This document shows positions 25,327 through 40,502 of a DNA stretch of 64,000 nucleotides, piece after piece. The first letter of the stretch is position 1; each line of letters begins with the position of its first letter. Both the position numbers and the translations under genes were made by a program. The notes under the pieces are model-generated. The model was not told where the DNA came from. It searched no databases and saw only the letters and a list, made by a program, of their open reading frames with translations. The DNA is from Chrysomallon squamiferum. Taxonomy: Eukaryota > Animalia > Mollusca. The stretch is from NCBI GenBank assembly GCA_012295275.1, contig CM022679.1, positions 17,298,001-17,362,000 on the forward strand. The letters run 5' to 3'.

Positions 25327-28300
25327 CAACTGTTAGTAAATAGGAAGAAGATTGTGCAATTTCTTCTTTCACAGATATAAACTAATCCTTGTATGTAACA
25401 GTTATAGAGTTCAAATTATGACAACACTAAATATCTGCAGTTGACACTAACAAGAACAAAGAACTAAATATTTCTCCACAAGGGTTATTACCCACAGATG
25501 TGACAGATGCTGAACCCAGACTCTGAGTCACAGTTCCCTCTTTCAAACCCTACTCTCCCTCACAGAACAAAAGGGCAGAACAATGATGTGCTTTTATATA
25601 ACTATGGAGCTGGTTCAGTGATTCATTCATATTGGACAAAAGAATCAGCCAGGCCTAGGATGCATTGAATGAAAGAATATTTTTAATTTTTATCATGTGG
25701 GTCCAGCATTTAATAAATTTCTTTAAAAAATGTATGCAAATATATGCCCATCAGTTGCTCAATCTATCTTGATTATATGGTAACAACTGTTCTCAGGATT
25801 TACATTTAATTATATATTTGAAAAAGTGGAAACACAATATTTCATTTAAGCAATTTAAAAAATATTATTAAAAAAAAATAATAATAAAATATATTTGATA
25901 GAAGACCACCCAAATCAATGTTGTTCTTTTTTAAAAATTAGTTTTAGATATTAGAAATATTAGAAATATTTTTTCATGTAATATATATAAAAAGAAAAAG
26001 AAATAAATAAACAAAAAGAAATAAAGAAACAGAAGAGGAGGAAAATATTTATGGACTAGTTAATTAGTATTTAAATAAAATTCTCTGAGCATTTCTGTTT
26101 GATCATGTTATTATTATTCACTTATAAAAGTGAGAATACTGATGAGGTTACCAATTATCTAGCCATTATCCAGCACTCAAATCTGCAATTATCTCCATGA
26201 CAACCATGGAAATTGATCTTCATGACTTAATTCTAGTCAGTTTAGTTCCAGTATAGTTTGTCAAACAAAGTAGTTGAACAAAATAACAATAACAATAAAA
26301 CAGCCAATACTGAATTAAACAATATTATAACTGTCATGTAACCACAACTTATAAAATACAGTTTAATGTGGTATAAACTTTATAATGTTAAAATTGCTAT
26401 AAACAGTAATTGAGTACAGGTTTTACAAATATGGCATTATTCATTCATTTTAAAAAATGTTTCATATTGCACAAAAAATAACAACTATTTATCGAACAAA
26501 ATACCAGTTCTATGCAAATAAATCTGCGTATGGTTAATCTTCAGTCCAACTGAATTTTATTTAACGTTTACAGTAGTTATAAGTGTCATCCTTTCAGATA
26601 AAAAAAATAATAAAATAATAACTTCAGTCTTTTATTTTGTTCACTTTTACAATAAACTCACACCATTTAAAATCAATGAATTGGGAAAAATACATGGGTA
26701 TAATAAATATTATCTTAAATATTTATGTTAATACATTTTGTAATCTATTAGAGAAACAAAGTTAACCAAACAACAATTTATCAAACGTACTTAAAATAAT
26801 AATAATAAATAAATAAATGTTTGCAATAAAAATATATTTTTTAACATGTTTAAACCCAGATATTATGTACTTTTTTAAAATGAGAACAAACGAAACAACC
26901 GAAACAACACACCTCTTAACATATAATGAAAAGGATACTTACTATAATGAAAAAAAAACTTTTTTTGTTTCTTGTTTTTTGTTTTACAATAATCAAAGAT
27001 AACAACTTATTGATCACATGTGTTTACCATTACAAACTTCAAATTGGCAATGATTACACAAACTAATCTGTAATGTTTAAAGCATTCAGCAATGCTGGAT
27101 TAACTTCATTGATATTCTAATCCATCTTATCTGACTGGCTCACTGAATAGTGTCTATTGTCAGAATATACTAAAAAAAAAAAAAAATCAATATGAGATGG
27201 CCCGATTCAGACATTCATGGACAATATAATAGGCACTTTGATGACCTTTAAGTTAACAAAACAAGTGATGAATTCCATCATTATCCCTGCAAAACACCTC
27301 ATGAGGTACAATCAATAAAAAAAGATTTAGTCAAATCACATTGTTTTATTTACTTTTAAAATGAAGCAGAAGAGAAGGAAAGAAAAAATAATTTATTGTG
27401 AGGCTAATAATAGTGTAGATACCTATATCTTCCTTTCAAGAAAAAAAACAACAACAAAAAAACAGTTACTTTTAAATTAGTTATCAAGTACTGATTCTAA
27501 TTTCTAAATATTAAATAGAAATATGTATCCAAAAGTGAGATTCATATATAATGCTGAAATAATTTTAAAGTAATTTAAAAAAATATTTACAAAAATTTTT
27601 TTAATCTATTTATACAATGGATTTTACTATTGTGTCAGTGTGAAAAATTATGAACTACTGGTGTGTGTTTTTTTTAAAATTTAAATCTATTTATTGCTTT
27701 CAGCTTCTCATAAACTTGTATTTGTATCTTAAATGACAGAGTTAAAAAAAAATCTTACAGTCCAGACTGGTTGTTTACTTTCAACAGAAACGACTATAAA
27801 ATGAAAGGCAAACCTCCACAGATAAATGACTGTAATACAAATGAGGTATCAATTGAATTCTGTAACAAGATAGTTAGAAGTTAGAGATATTATCTTGACA
27901 GCTTTATCAATCTATGAATTTATGTATTTGAAATGATTAACATTCAAGTTTATCACATCTTTGTGACAAATGCCTATAAAAATGAATACATATGTATTTT
28001 AGTTCATTCATATGAAATTTTACAGTTTAGATAAATCACAAAAATGCTTCCCCAAAACCTGAATACGTTCACTATCTTGATACTGAGTAATAGAATTTTA
28101 ATTAGTAGACATCATTTTAATGACATAGATTTCAAAGAAAATAACCAATCACTGATCTCTTGGTGACACACAGGAATCAAATATACAAATGTAATGCTGA
28201 ATTATTTAGTTCTTCTGACCCAGATTTAATTTGGTTTGTGGTCAAAGTCAAATAAAATTAATCTTTTATTATGAAGATAAAACATACACTTATAAAAGAT

Positions 28301-30181
28301 GCACTAAATCTGATATTAAATGTAAGCTGATAAAGATATTAAATATATGTATTTATTAAGTGTTTTAGGGCATATATATGACTTGAAACTAACATGTACA
28401 CACTTTCCAGTTACAATTAAACTAGTTTAGAAAACGTTTTCGTGTTTTTTTTTCTTTTTGTTTTGTTCTGGTTGTACATTTTTATTCTTATCCTAATATT
28501 TTAATACTTAATATACCTATTATAAAAGTTGTCATGTTTTTATGAGGTTTATTTGAGTGAAGGCTGTATTTTGGTTTTTAGGCTGGTGACTTAAAATGAA
28601 TTTTGAAGAGGTTAAGCATGACTATCATGAATAATTTCTGCAATTTCCTCTCTATTTGTGATACATTTTAGTTATGTGAATGTTTAAACTAGAAATTTAA
28701 TTTAAACAATAATGTATTTTAAAAAAAACATCAGATTAAACTGAGTCAAGACAAAACTTGTATGTAGATTAGAGAGGCTGGTGTCTGGGCTGGACACACC
28801 AAGAGATTTCAGGTTTAACTGTAATTAACTTGTTGATAGAGATCTCAGAGACAGTCTACTGCAGGCTACTGTGTATGTAATCACAGCCTGACAGTGATAA
28901 ATCTCTTGAAGCAAGTCTTCCTGTACAAGTAAACTTTCTCAACTCTTCTCACACTAATAAATATAAAGCTGAAATTGTCATGTACTTCTGCTGTGTACAG
29001 AGTATTTGACAAAGTTAGATATCATGAACAGAATCTTAAGAGGATAAGTTAACTAAATTAAGTATTTGAAATTACAAGAGCCAAACTGTTTTTAATTTTG
29101 GGTATTAGCACAAGAACACAATTTAGGTCGATTTTTAAAATTCCACATTAATCTGTTTTGAAGTTGAAAAATAAATTTACTAGCTTAAAAAATAACTACA
29201 TCTTTTTCCATCCTAATATTAAACATATAAATGAAAATATATTATTATATATAATATAAATTTTTACAAACTTCTGTAAATTCAATTTAATAACAATTTT
29301 AAACAAAAACAAAAACAAATTAAAACACACACACACACACACACATTTATTAGAAACTAATAAAGTTACTAAAGCAAAAACTAATGAGTGAAGTAAGAAA
29401 AATGTATGCTCTTACCTAAACTCAAGAGATTTTGATTTACAAGACATGTTTATTCTGAACATACCATGTATCACTGGAGCTATCTACTCATCTATAAATA
29501 ATAAAACTGTGTTGGCAATTTGCCACTGGTTGTTCATCTCTGTACAAACAGCAATGCCCTTGGGCATAGCATGTATTACTATGACAGACATGGTTGAAAT
29601 GTATTTATCAACCATTTAGTGCTAGAAGAAGAATTTAGAAGATAAAAGAAAAACATTATGGGAAACTATCAGCTTATGTTAATTTAAAGGATGAAGAGGG
29701 GGAAAAAAACAAAACAAAAAAAAACTGTTTTCTTTGATTTTTAATATTACAGTATCTAGAAATCTTGTTTGTCTGGTTATACCAAACATTAATGGAATTT
29801 TAAAGAAACGAAACACGTTTTCCCTGAAATATGCCTGATTTGAATCCAAGTATTATTTTTTTTTTCATGATATGAAAAACTGCCTTAAGGTAAAGAGAGA
29901 GAGAGAAAAACCTCAAAAACAACAATAATAATAATACAATAAACAAGTATATTAATTATATCTAACCATTATGTATAGATAGACAGACAGACAGAATAAA
30001 TTGCAATTAAATAAATAACAATATATAATAAATATTATTGCCGGTATAAAAATTTTAATTTAAATATTCAGTAAGTTAGTGGAATCCTGACAACTTGGAA
30101 CAAAATATTCTGTACAAAGTGTAATATTTGTATATTTTCACCAACCTTCATCCAAAAAGTTAAAAACATGGTATGCCACAA

Positions 30182-30222
<41 letters not shown>

Positions 30223-32502
30223 TATACAAATAGTTAATGTATTTTCTATTGATTTTCCATAGCTTTATAGCAACAATAATAAATTGTAATTACAAGTTTT
30301 GCATATAATGGTTGAACAAAAAAGAATGATGCAAGCAATTAGTTAGGTTCAAGTGCTAACAGAATAAATTCAAATGCATAATCAATATGCTAATACAGTT
30401 CAATACAGTAAAAACTTTTTTTTCTTCTTTCGTATAAGTGAACATTTTAAGATTTTGTTACAACAAAACTGGATGGGCTATGTCATTTGTAATTTGTACA
30501 TCAGTGAGATATATGTTGTTATTGTACTATCTAACAAGATTAATAGATGATGTCGACTTATTTTTTCACTAGGGAATTAAAATATAAGAATTTAATAAAG
30601 AAAAAGATAAATATTTTAAAACCATTTCGCTTCTTGTTCTTTAGTAGACAGTAATATTCCAAATAATTTTTTATTTTAAACTTTACATTACTAAACTAAT
30701 TTAGCAAAAATATTTTAAGACTGATTTGATTCTTTTAAATGAAAAATTACAAAGGGCAAAATTTTTAAGTTAAAATTAAAAATACACACATAAAAAAATT
30801 AAAAATAATAATAAACCCAGATACAAATTATTAAAATAGAAAAAAAACAACAACTTTATGTAAATTTACAGTTCTCATGAGTTTATAAAATCAGATAAGA
30901 AACTGTAAGTAATCATTTCAGTTAAGTCTGGATTAAGATTTCATTTTTATACAAAGTATATCATATTCATTTTGTATGCCAGTATTGCAGGCAAACACAT
31001 CAACTGTGTGAAAATCCATAAGCTATTTACCTGCCATAATAATAAGCAAATATATTTTAGTGGTGTTTACTTGTATGAATATCTGGTACCTGACATGAGA
31101 TTCCAATAAAATATTTTAATGTAGTGAAATACAGTGTTAAAATAAACTATCAATAGTTTGTAATGAAATATGGGATGAAATATAATTTATTTAAAATGTA
31201 CCAATTCTTAATAATAAACATGTTTCCAAATAAAATAAATAATCCTAGTATTTAACAAATCTATTTTAATAATACTTCCTATATATTCCATACAAGCATC
31301 AAGTTTTAAATTCTAAATTTAGTATTTATTTTTAAACTTTTCGTTAGTATTTTTTTTTTAAATTTTTTTTTAAAGGAGTAAAAATGTCACGAGATGTCAG
31401 GCTAATCTCTTTTACAGTGGGACCATCTCTGTTTGTTCATCTGGAGACATCCTGCGCATGTTGAGCTCTGTGTTTATTCTCAGTGAGAGGAAAGCAGCTA
31501 TACCTGACACTATTTGTCTAGTTAAAAAACTAGAAGGCTATAAACAACAAACCCATTTCAACAAAACAGTTCAAATTGAATCAGAATAAATGTACACCAC
31601 CAAGAGAGGTCAAGAGAGAGCAAATGGCCAAAATGTGGTAAAAATAAATAATAATAATAAAAAAACTAAAGATGAAAATTAAAAAAAAAAAAATGACTCC
31701 CAAACTACGAAAAAAAATAGATAATTAAGTTCAGAGAGGCAGGTGTCTTTCAAAATAAGGATGGAATGTACTCATTCAACATATAACAGATTAAGATGCA
31801 GTTACATAATAATATCAATGGTAGAGATAATATATATTAATATATATTATCTCTAACTTTGACATTATTATTATGTCATTTAAGAAACAAAGTAAAGTAA
31901 GTAATATAAAGTGTGATATGATATGTTGCTTCATTCACAAGAAATAATTTCTAATCTTGAGGAGTGGTTGAATAAATGTGGAATGAATCATGTTACCTAT
32001 TTGTTTGAACCAACAATAATTTAATTCAATTCAAGCATCCTTCTGGATATAAATAAATAATTATACACAGGACAAAGACTAATTAAAGATTTGAGAAGAT
32101 AGAAAACAAAAGAACACAATACTGAAAATACATTTATAATGCAACTTGGTTAATTTATTTTTTTAATTATTGTTTTCAATAAATAAATAAATGTTTCATA
32201 TTATTTGGTGTGAACATTTAATTTTAATTAAAAATATTTCTAATTTTTATTTTGAATGCTAATACTATTCTTACCATAATATATTCTGAAATATTACACC
32301 CAATTTGTTTTGGTTTTGTCAGAAAATGCCCAGAGATAAAATATAAATATGCAGTGAATAAAAACAATAAATTGGAATGTCCTGTCATTAATGCTAATTA
32401 CACCTCCTTACAAATGCGTCCCAAGTTACATCTGGTATAAAAACAGTTCTATAATTAATAATTATATTAAAAACAGCACATTTAAAATGCTGAACTACTT
32501 AC

Positions 32503-32538
32503 AGGTGCATATATGGGTGCTGTTAGCAACATCTTCAT
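32503..32538 (-). CDS. Rbfox1: Candidate alternative first coding exon, MKMLLTAPIYAP (phase 0)
   Basis: ATG-initiated 12-codon frame ending CCT|gtaagt. It lies at the downstream edge of a ~700-bp GC-richer island (32.5-33.2 kb), with an abrupt switch to AT-rich sequence after the donor. Confidence 0.65.
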
Positions 32539-35156
32539 CTACAGTGTTTCGTTCCAAATCCTCATAGGAAAACTTTGAAGTGGAGGTCCCAGCCTCCGAT
32601 GAAAAAATGTCTGCCTGCTGTTCAGGATGAGACTGAACAAAAGTAGGTCAGCTGGAAGCAGGAATGCTATTTTACCTGGTTCAAGCCAGTTCTTTTGAGG
32701 TGATTTACAGGTAAGTCTACAGGACACAACTGAAATAATTTGTACACAACTAAATCACCACTTCGGACTGTGTATTTTGGCCATGCTGAATACCAAAGCC
32801 TGTAGCACACTGAATGTTAAAGAGCACAGATGAACCCAGGACAGTTGCGACAAACAGCTCAGCTGGCTAACTAAAATGATCCATAGCTGTGACTCAATAG
32901 GTCGTTTCAGGGTCATCAATAACAGATAGCCAGAGGAAATGTGGATGTCAGAGGCTTTAGTGAGGTGGACACTACAACAATGACCAATGACAGGTAGCCA
33001 AGAACTTTGTCTCCCATGTAAACAATGATTTAGAGAGCAGTCAAGCGTGGTCATAGATTTTCTGATGTGACTTGCATTCGCTCTGACATAATATCTGCAG
33101 ACAGTAACATGCTTTTTACCTCCCTTTGTCAATGAGGATTGTGATGTCCTCAAAACAAGTTCTTGTCACCAGATTATTCAAATACTTTTATCATTTTTCT
33201 AATTTGTTGCTGATCTGCTGTACGTAAGTAAGAAACTGCAATTTTCACTACTTTCCTTATTTAAATCTGTTATGTGAAAACATTAATATAACATTTATCA
33301 ATAAAAGTAAGTTTTCTTAACTGTAAAAAAAAATGAGTTTAGTTTACATTCACTAAATTATAATACAGAGATGTTTTGAAAGTGAACATGAACACTAACA
33401 ATATTAAGCTAAAAAACACTTAAAAGACTTTATGTTGAACTGACAACATAAAAAATTTGTCTCAGCTACTTACTCTTTATTAAATGTTTTATATAGATAT
33501 TATATAAATGTTTCAAATGCTACAGCTTTCTTTTATCATGAGCAGCTGAAAAGTGATCTTTTACTAGTGAATAATACTGAACATTGGTAGGTTCTTTGTA
33601 AATGGCAATATACTTGTAGATTATTCATGACACATCACAATGAAAGAGGCTCAATTGCAAATGCTGGGTGTACACATTATAGTGGATTTATCTGTAGAGT
33701 TGTACACTTACACAGTGAGGACTTTATTTACACTGGAAATGATGATTCAGACTTGGTCAAGTACATTTCAAAGAAGAGCAAACATTGTAAAACAGTGTGT
33801 TTAAGTCAAATAAAACTCTGAATGTTACCTTTAAGCATGTTGGGCTTTTTAAAACTCAATTTATATTGAGCTTTTCACTTTTGAAATTACTATATTAATA
33901 TTATGTTAAGGGAAACAAATAATTAGGCTGACCAAGTGATATGTGGACAACAAATTAATGTTAACTTATGTGGCAAAAGCAATTACATGCAAAAGACATA
34001 TATATATGTATGGTATGTGAAAAATGTGCTATATTGAAAATGTATAAAATAACAATCCAAAATTATCACATCAAATAACAGTATAATAATCTCTTTTATA
34101 CTGTAGTCAGTAATCCTCAATAACCTAACACAATTTTACAATAAGCCTGACTACTTTCTTGCATTGGATTTACAGTGTTAACCTTCAGTGACGAAACATG
34201 TTGTCAACTGTACCCTCAACAAGATGACAATCTCTAAGTTTACTCAGACACTGATATAATCACAGGTGAAGTGTTTAAGAGATAGGGTGGCCTTGAGGTC
34301 AAGTGATTGTTTTTATCAGTTGAATTCTCTTCAGTGTAAAAAACTATGCATAAAACGGTTGAATTAGTTTCTGCCCTGCTATCTGATCTCACGTGCTATA
34401 AGCCTGTAAGGTGCAAACAGTCTTTTAAAAAAGTGATGATATTTTTAAAGGGATCTTTGAGATCTGAGACAAGCTGTTGAATCAACTGAGTAGTGTTTGG
34501 TTGTTTATTGGGTTTTACTTCAAAATTAAGATAGCTTTCCACCCAGTGCACAACTACTTATACACAAAATACAGGGAAATGCAGGATAAATCTCCAAAAT
34601 GTCTTTGTGCTAAAAAGTTATTTATATTAGTGTTTACCATTTACTGTATTTAAAAAATAAATAATTAAAATACATTTTATTTGGATATTAATTTTTATTA
34701 TTATTATTATTATTATTTTTTATTTTATTTTTTTCTAGAAAATAGAGCACTTTTTATTATTTTTTTATTTTAAACATACTGTATTTTTCTTTTTTAATTT
34801 CACTTTTAGCTGTAAATGTAACTAAACAGTCAGCTATGGTTTACCTGAATTCTGAGGGACATTTAAAAAAACAAATAGTTGTAAACATTCATGAATAACT
34901 TCATGACTTGTTTGGAATGCTTATTAACTTGTTATAAAACTGTTCAATGAAATAACTGTTCTCAACAATCCATCAAATTTTACTTTGTTCTTGTATTAAG
35001 AATTTACAAAGATAGTATGAGAGTATGTGTGAGTAAGTATGTGTATCCATATGTGTGCACACATGTGCTTTTCTTTCTCTCTTTCCATGCACACGAACAC
35101 TGCAAATTTTGATACAACAACATATTCTGGACATTTCAGGTTTCTAATCATTATTA

Positions 35157-35570
35157 TATTGTGGCACCTTGACTGACGAGTGCTCCAACTTATGAGGTTT
35201 CTGAGTTGTAAGCATTCAGTGGGTCAATATTTTGCTTTGAGTTACGAGCAAGCTTCAGATACGCTGTCGCATTGTTGCCACAATGAACAATACAATGTCA
35301 GTATTTTTCTGCAGTATTTTGCCAAATTTCTTTTTCCTGACCACGAATCCTAAGAAAGTGAGAGCAAAGAACAGTGCTGAGAAGAAGAAGTGGATGATGT
35401 CCATTGAATTAAAGCATGAAATCATAGAAAAACATAAGCAAGGTATACATGTAGTCGACTTGGCTAGGCAGTAAAAGCATAGTACTTCTACAATATGTAC
35501 CATATTGAAGCAAGAGTCTATAAAGGCTGTAACTGCAGCCAAAGGTGCTAAAATAATTTGATCTCCAAGA
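35157..35570 (+). mobile_element. 5' fragment of a Tigger/pogo DNA transposon (left TIR plus degenerate CENP-B-type HTH)
   Basis: A degenerate Tigger-like terminus (..gtggcaccttgactgacgagtgctccaacttatgag..gagttacgagc) is followed by NPKKVRAKNSAEKKKWMMSIELKHEIIEKHKQGIHVVDLARQ*KHSTSTICTILKQESIKA. It has internal stops, no DDE domain and no right TIR. Confidence 0.85.
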
Positions 35571-37001
35571 TAAATACACTTTACAAAACCAATTTATTAA
35601 AAAACAATACAACTGGCCAGTTTTCTGTTTGAAGTTAACACTATAAAGTCCCATTGACAGAACTATGAATTCAATTAATTATTTGAATCAAAAATGTATA
35701 AAATTTGTATTTAGAAATCTTACATTCTGTAACTACCAGACAAAATGCTGTTTATATTTTTCTTTTCAGTTTCAAAACTCTGAATGGAACACAGACAATG
35801 AGACAGAACTGGTCATTTTTGTTGTTCCTTGTAAAAAATTTTATTTCAAATTATATATTTTGAGGAACATTTATATAAATAAACAAATAAATAAATAAAG
35901 ATAAAACAATCTTCTGTTCCTATACTTATAAAATGTTATATCTGATGAAAACATATCAACAGTACACATTAATTAAAGAAACATTACAAACTAATTTTAA
36001 TGATTAAAAAAAATTAAAATTAAAATAAAAAAGCACACACAAGATAAGTGGCAGAAAAACCCTAAAAAGGGGACAAATAACAAAATTTAAATAGCAGAAA
36101 TTATGGCTTAAAAAACCATGCTTTGAACAAATGCCTGCGCTTTCAATTTATATTTTAGCATTAAATTACCTATGTGCAGAATTAACGTAAAAAAAATCAA
36201 CAAATGTCAATGGTGTGAAACACACATTCAGTGTTGTCTCAGTGAACCAGAAAATTGTATTCTAATCACTGTATTCAATTACAGGAAAACACAATTCACT
36301 TTAACTCAAGTTGAACAGTTACTTACACACTAAATTTAGAATGTACCTGAGCATTTTCTATACAACCTGATTATAACATTTAACCAAAGATACAAAATAT
36401 TCAATGCTTGCTGAGACAAAAAAAAACACAAAAAATAAACAGGAAAAAAAAAAAAAAATGTATCATTTTCTGAAACAAACTTCCTGAAAACTTTAGATAT
36501 GAAACCAAGGGAAGTAACCACTGTCAAAGATAATGACATATCTCCAAGAATTAAGGAACTTGGCAGTTTATTCATTTGTCTAATAGAGTATATATAAAAA
36601 TAGAAAACAAATGACAACAAACCTTCCTAACTTTTGGGAATAGTTTTTTTAATGGTTATTTATATTTTTTATTAATAATTAATATTAAAATCTGAAAAAA
36701 CTGTCTGTTATTAATATTATAATATTAGGTTATTCTAAGTTAAGCATTTGATGAATATATATATACAGGATGAAAATTCTTTATCAGAAGTGTTTCAGAT
36801 TATGGAATATAAGAAGAAAGCACAAGAATAGATTCTTTTCCTGTTAGCAGAAAATAGGTTATCAACACTGATTAACATAAGATGGCAGTTGCTTAATGAA
36901 AACATAGCATATTACAGCCCAGATGTTGCTTAACATTATCAACTTTTAAACAGAGATAAGACAAAGTTATATACAGTAACATGTGTCTAGGAATAAAATA
37001 T

Positions 37002-37040
<39 letters not shown>

Positions 37041-37564
37041 AGAAGTGTTTCAGAGAGAGAAAGAGAATATGAGAAACAGTATATTTAACAATTTCTATTT
37101 ATTGTAACAATGAATGTAAAGATACATAATTAACAAATCAGATCAACTGGGTTCAAGCATGCTCAAATGATAAGCCAAAGGTAATGAGAAATTTCATGAC
37201 AAACACTGTGTTAAAATTGACTCAGATAAATAAATATAATAAATAATTAAAATCTGAATTTAAATTACATTAAAAATAACAATAATAAATTAAAATCAAT
37301 ACATTTATAAAAAAAACAAAAAAAAACAAAATCCCCAACAGTTTTGTACAAGTGAATTCTTAAAATAACAAAGAGACTAAAATGACTCAACCCCCCTGTC
37401 AAGTGGCAAGGAATCGATAACACATTATAGATAATGACAAAGCTACACAATAACAACACAGTGTATTTCACCAGCTGGACAGCTACTCCCAGAGCTTTCC
37501 CAGAATTAAAGCCATGTTACTACATGTACCCACACGTCATTCGATTCAAAAAAATAAAACATAC

Positions 37565-37608
37565 CTGATCCAATTTAGCTTCACTTTCACTTAGAAAACA
37601 AAGATATC
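37565..37608 (-). other. Candidate 44-nt cassette exon (stop in phase 0; open as phase 1-0)
   Basis: ctgctttcttattttgtcag|GATATC...GATCAG|gtatgt; both splice sites are near consensus. Confidence 0.45.
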
Positions 37609-39087
37609 CTGACAAAATAAGAAAGCAGTGGTAATATCTCCTTGTAAAATGGTTCAAACCTTAGTGGAAGTAGGATAATAACACAGCACATATATTGATT
37701 TGAGCTAACTAACTCTGTTCTGACGAACTGTTCTCATGTAAACAACAGAGGAATCAACTTAATTATTTAGTCCACTACATAGCTTCAAGCTAATTACTAT
37801 GAAGTGGGGTTATTTTTATTATTATTTTTTTATCTGAAGGAAACAAGTATTCCAGGATCATATTCTGTTAATCACAAATTTAGATTTTGATTAAGTGCTA
37901 CATCCTGTAAGTCAGGAAATGACATATACTAGCTCTTGGTGGCTTTCAGAAGACCACACACTAAAAATGTTAATAACTGTAATATTTAACTGTGTTTGTT
38001 GAAAATTAGAATTACATTATCATGTGAAATAAGCATTTATAGATTATGTAAATTTACCAAGATGTTTCTTTCAATATTACTAATGTTTATACATAATCCT
38101 ATAAAAATAGAGAAAGAAAAAAGAAAAAAATGAAAGAAAAAAACAGACCGTAATCCCCCCCACTGAACAACAGATTTCAAAAACATTTTTTTTTTCATGT
38201 ACCTTTTATGCAGAATAACCTGAATTCTATTAAAACTGAAGAAAACAAATAGCATCAAACCTTGGCTTGGTAAAATAGATTTCTCTGTGCAGTTTTCTAG
38301 TCTTCATTCAAGAAAACTAATGAAAGGTTTATATCAGTTTACAACACATCTGCTTAAGTTAAATGTTAATAAAAGCTGTACAAATTTCAATAGTTTTAGT
38401 GCCTCCTGGAAACACCTGCACAAAGTACATTCCCAGTATATGAACATAAGTTGTCAGGAAACAACCAGCTGTAAACTTGTCTCATGAAAATACCTGAGCC
38501 AGAGTCTCAAATTGGGCTGTAGATCACAGCATGTCCAGCAGTACAATATCAGGTAACATTTGTCACAGGTGAGTTAATGAGACCTTGTTTATAACCTAGT
38601 TATGCCTGTTCTTTGTTCAATGAGAGATAATTAGTTACAGTAAAACAGTGTGACATATACAAATTGATGTAACTTTATATTCTTTTTAAATATCTTCTAA
38701 ATAAATTTTAAATAAAGCTGGCTAAGAGTAAGAGAAAGTAAAAAATAAGATATTTCAAATATATTTTCTAACATGAAATTTAAAAAAAACTTAACGATCT
38801 TTTTCACAAATAATGTGGCAAATTAGTTGTAAGCTGTAATTTTTTTTTTTTTTTACTGATTACACTGCAGTACCATTCATTTCATGTAACAGTTTTAAAA
38901 TGAATACAAATTCTGTTTAAAATTATTTTTCTGTGCCTAGAGTAAAATTTAAAAAAGTTAAGTATCACATATAAACAGGTTTTTTACCAAAAAGAAAAGA
39001 ATGTTAAGGTAAGAAAAATAAACTTATTAATGTCCATTATGCATTTTTCTGTTAAATCTGGTATCACTTACATTAAGCTGAAAAGAA

Positions 39088-39290
39088 TAGCTCAGTGATT
39101 AAGAGTTGCAGGCTTAACCTTTCACTATGGTCTATTCCTTTCCTGCCAATGTCCAACAAATACTGTAGCATTTACTTTCCTCTCTACTGAAAAGTCCTTA
39201 TAAAGTCCTTATAATTATGCAAAACACGTATGTTAGGTGCTTGATAACCATTAATAATAAAATGTGTCATTAAGAACAAAATTTTCAGTC
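39088..39290 (+). mobile_element. Possible decayed tRNA-derived SINE
   Basis: An A-box-like TAGCTCAGTGATT and a B-box-like GGTCTATTCC at tRNA-like spacing. The downstream resemblance to mollusc SINE cores is from memory only. Confidence 0.35.
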
Positions 39291-40463
39291 ATATTCAACA
39301 GTTATGACATAAATAATTTTTATTATTTAATAAATATAATAAAATATAATTACAAATAAAAACAATAATACATTAAACTTTTTTTTTTTGTTATTTTTTT
39401 GTTATTTTTATTCTTCACTTAAATTGAGTTATTAAATACATGTACATAGGAGAAAGAAAAAATAAAATGTCTGCATAATCCAGTACTGGTAATAAAATAT
39501 GTTAACATAAACAATTTATTTTTTATTTTTAATAACCAACATCACTTCACCGAACTCTTTACAAAACAAAATTGTTTGTGTTGATAATATAAATACCAAA
39601 TACAGAAACTCTAACTCTGCTAAACAGCACTACTAATTATCACTGTTTTTCTGAGCTGCTGAAAGCTGTTTGAATTTCTTTTAAACTTGACAAAAGAAAA
39701 ATGAACTTCTCTAATTATCAATTAACATGATGATGTTTTAGTATTCAGACAGTTATCATTTTGGTTTTACCTTTCTTTTGTTGTGTCTGTGTGTTTGAAA
39801 GAAAAAGAAAAAAATGTGTGTGGGTGACTAATTATACATGTGTGTGTGTGTTTTTATGGTTAAGCATTCACACACACAGACATACATTTTTCTTCAAAGA
39901 TTTCTCTGAATATATTGTAACTATCATAAAATTTTATTTCTTTTCTAACAAGGAGACATTTATAAGAATCAAGGTCTTACCACCACATTCTGCAATGTTC
40001 TGTCAGTGTTTATGTGACACAGATCTCCACAAATTATGACAGTTGCAACATATAATCTTTTGCAAACTTTCACATGTTCAGGTTGAAACCCACAAACAAA
40101 GAGTTATAAACTGTCTACAAGTGAGTCCAGCAACATTATTAGTTTTAATTCAATAAAAAGGAAAAAGTAAACTAAAATAAAAATAAATTAATTAATTAAG
40201 AAAATTCCTTTACAAAAAATCTATATCCCATAAATTTTTTATTTTATATGCATGTTTAAAAGAAAAGTTATTTTTTGTTGTTAAATTATCATTAAATTTT
40301 TAATAACCACATCCTTCTTTTTGAATTACATTTAATAATAAAGCTTCTTGTTAAATTAAGATTTAATATATAAAACAGAAACAAGCAATCCTTTTTGAAG
40401 TTCAAACATTCAGATTTAATGATACTCCAATTATAATGAATTAACTGAATGGAGGATTTATTC

Positions 40464-40502
<39 letters not shown>

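Noticed and set aside
29410-29447. ATG-started frame ending tttag|gtaaga
   Set aside because: It is phase 2, incompatible with the shared exon, and the pyrimidine tract is too weak to call a recursive site.
32755-33153. 132-aa minus-strand ORF in a GC-richer island
   Set aside because: No recognisable domain or good exon boundaries. It is better explained as promoter/5'UTR sequence of the 32503-32538 exon.
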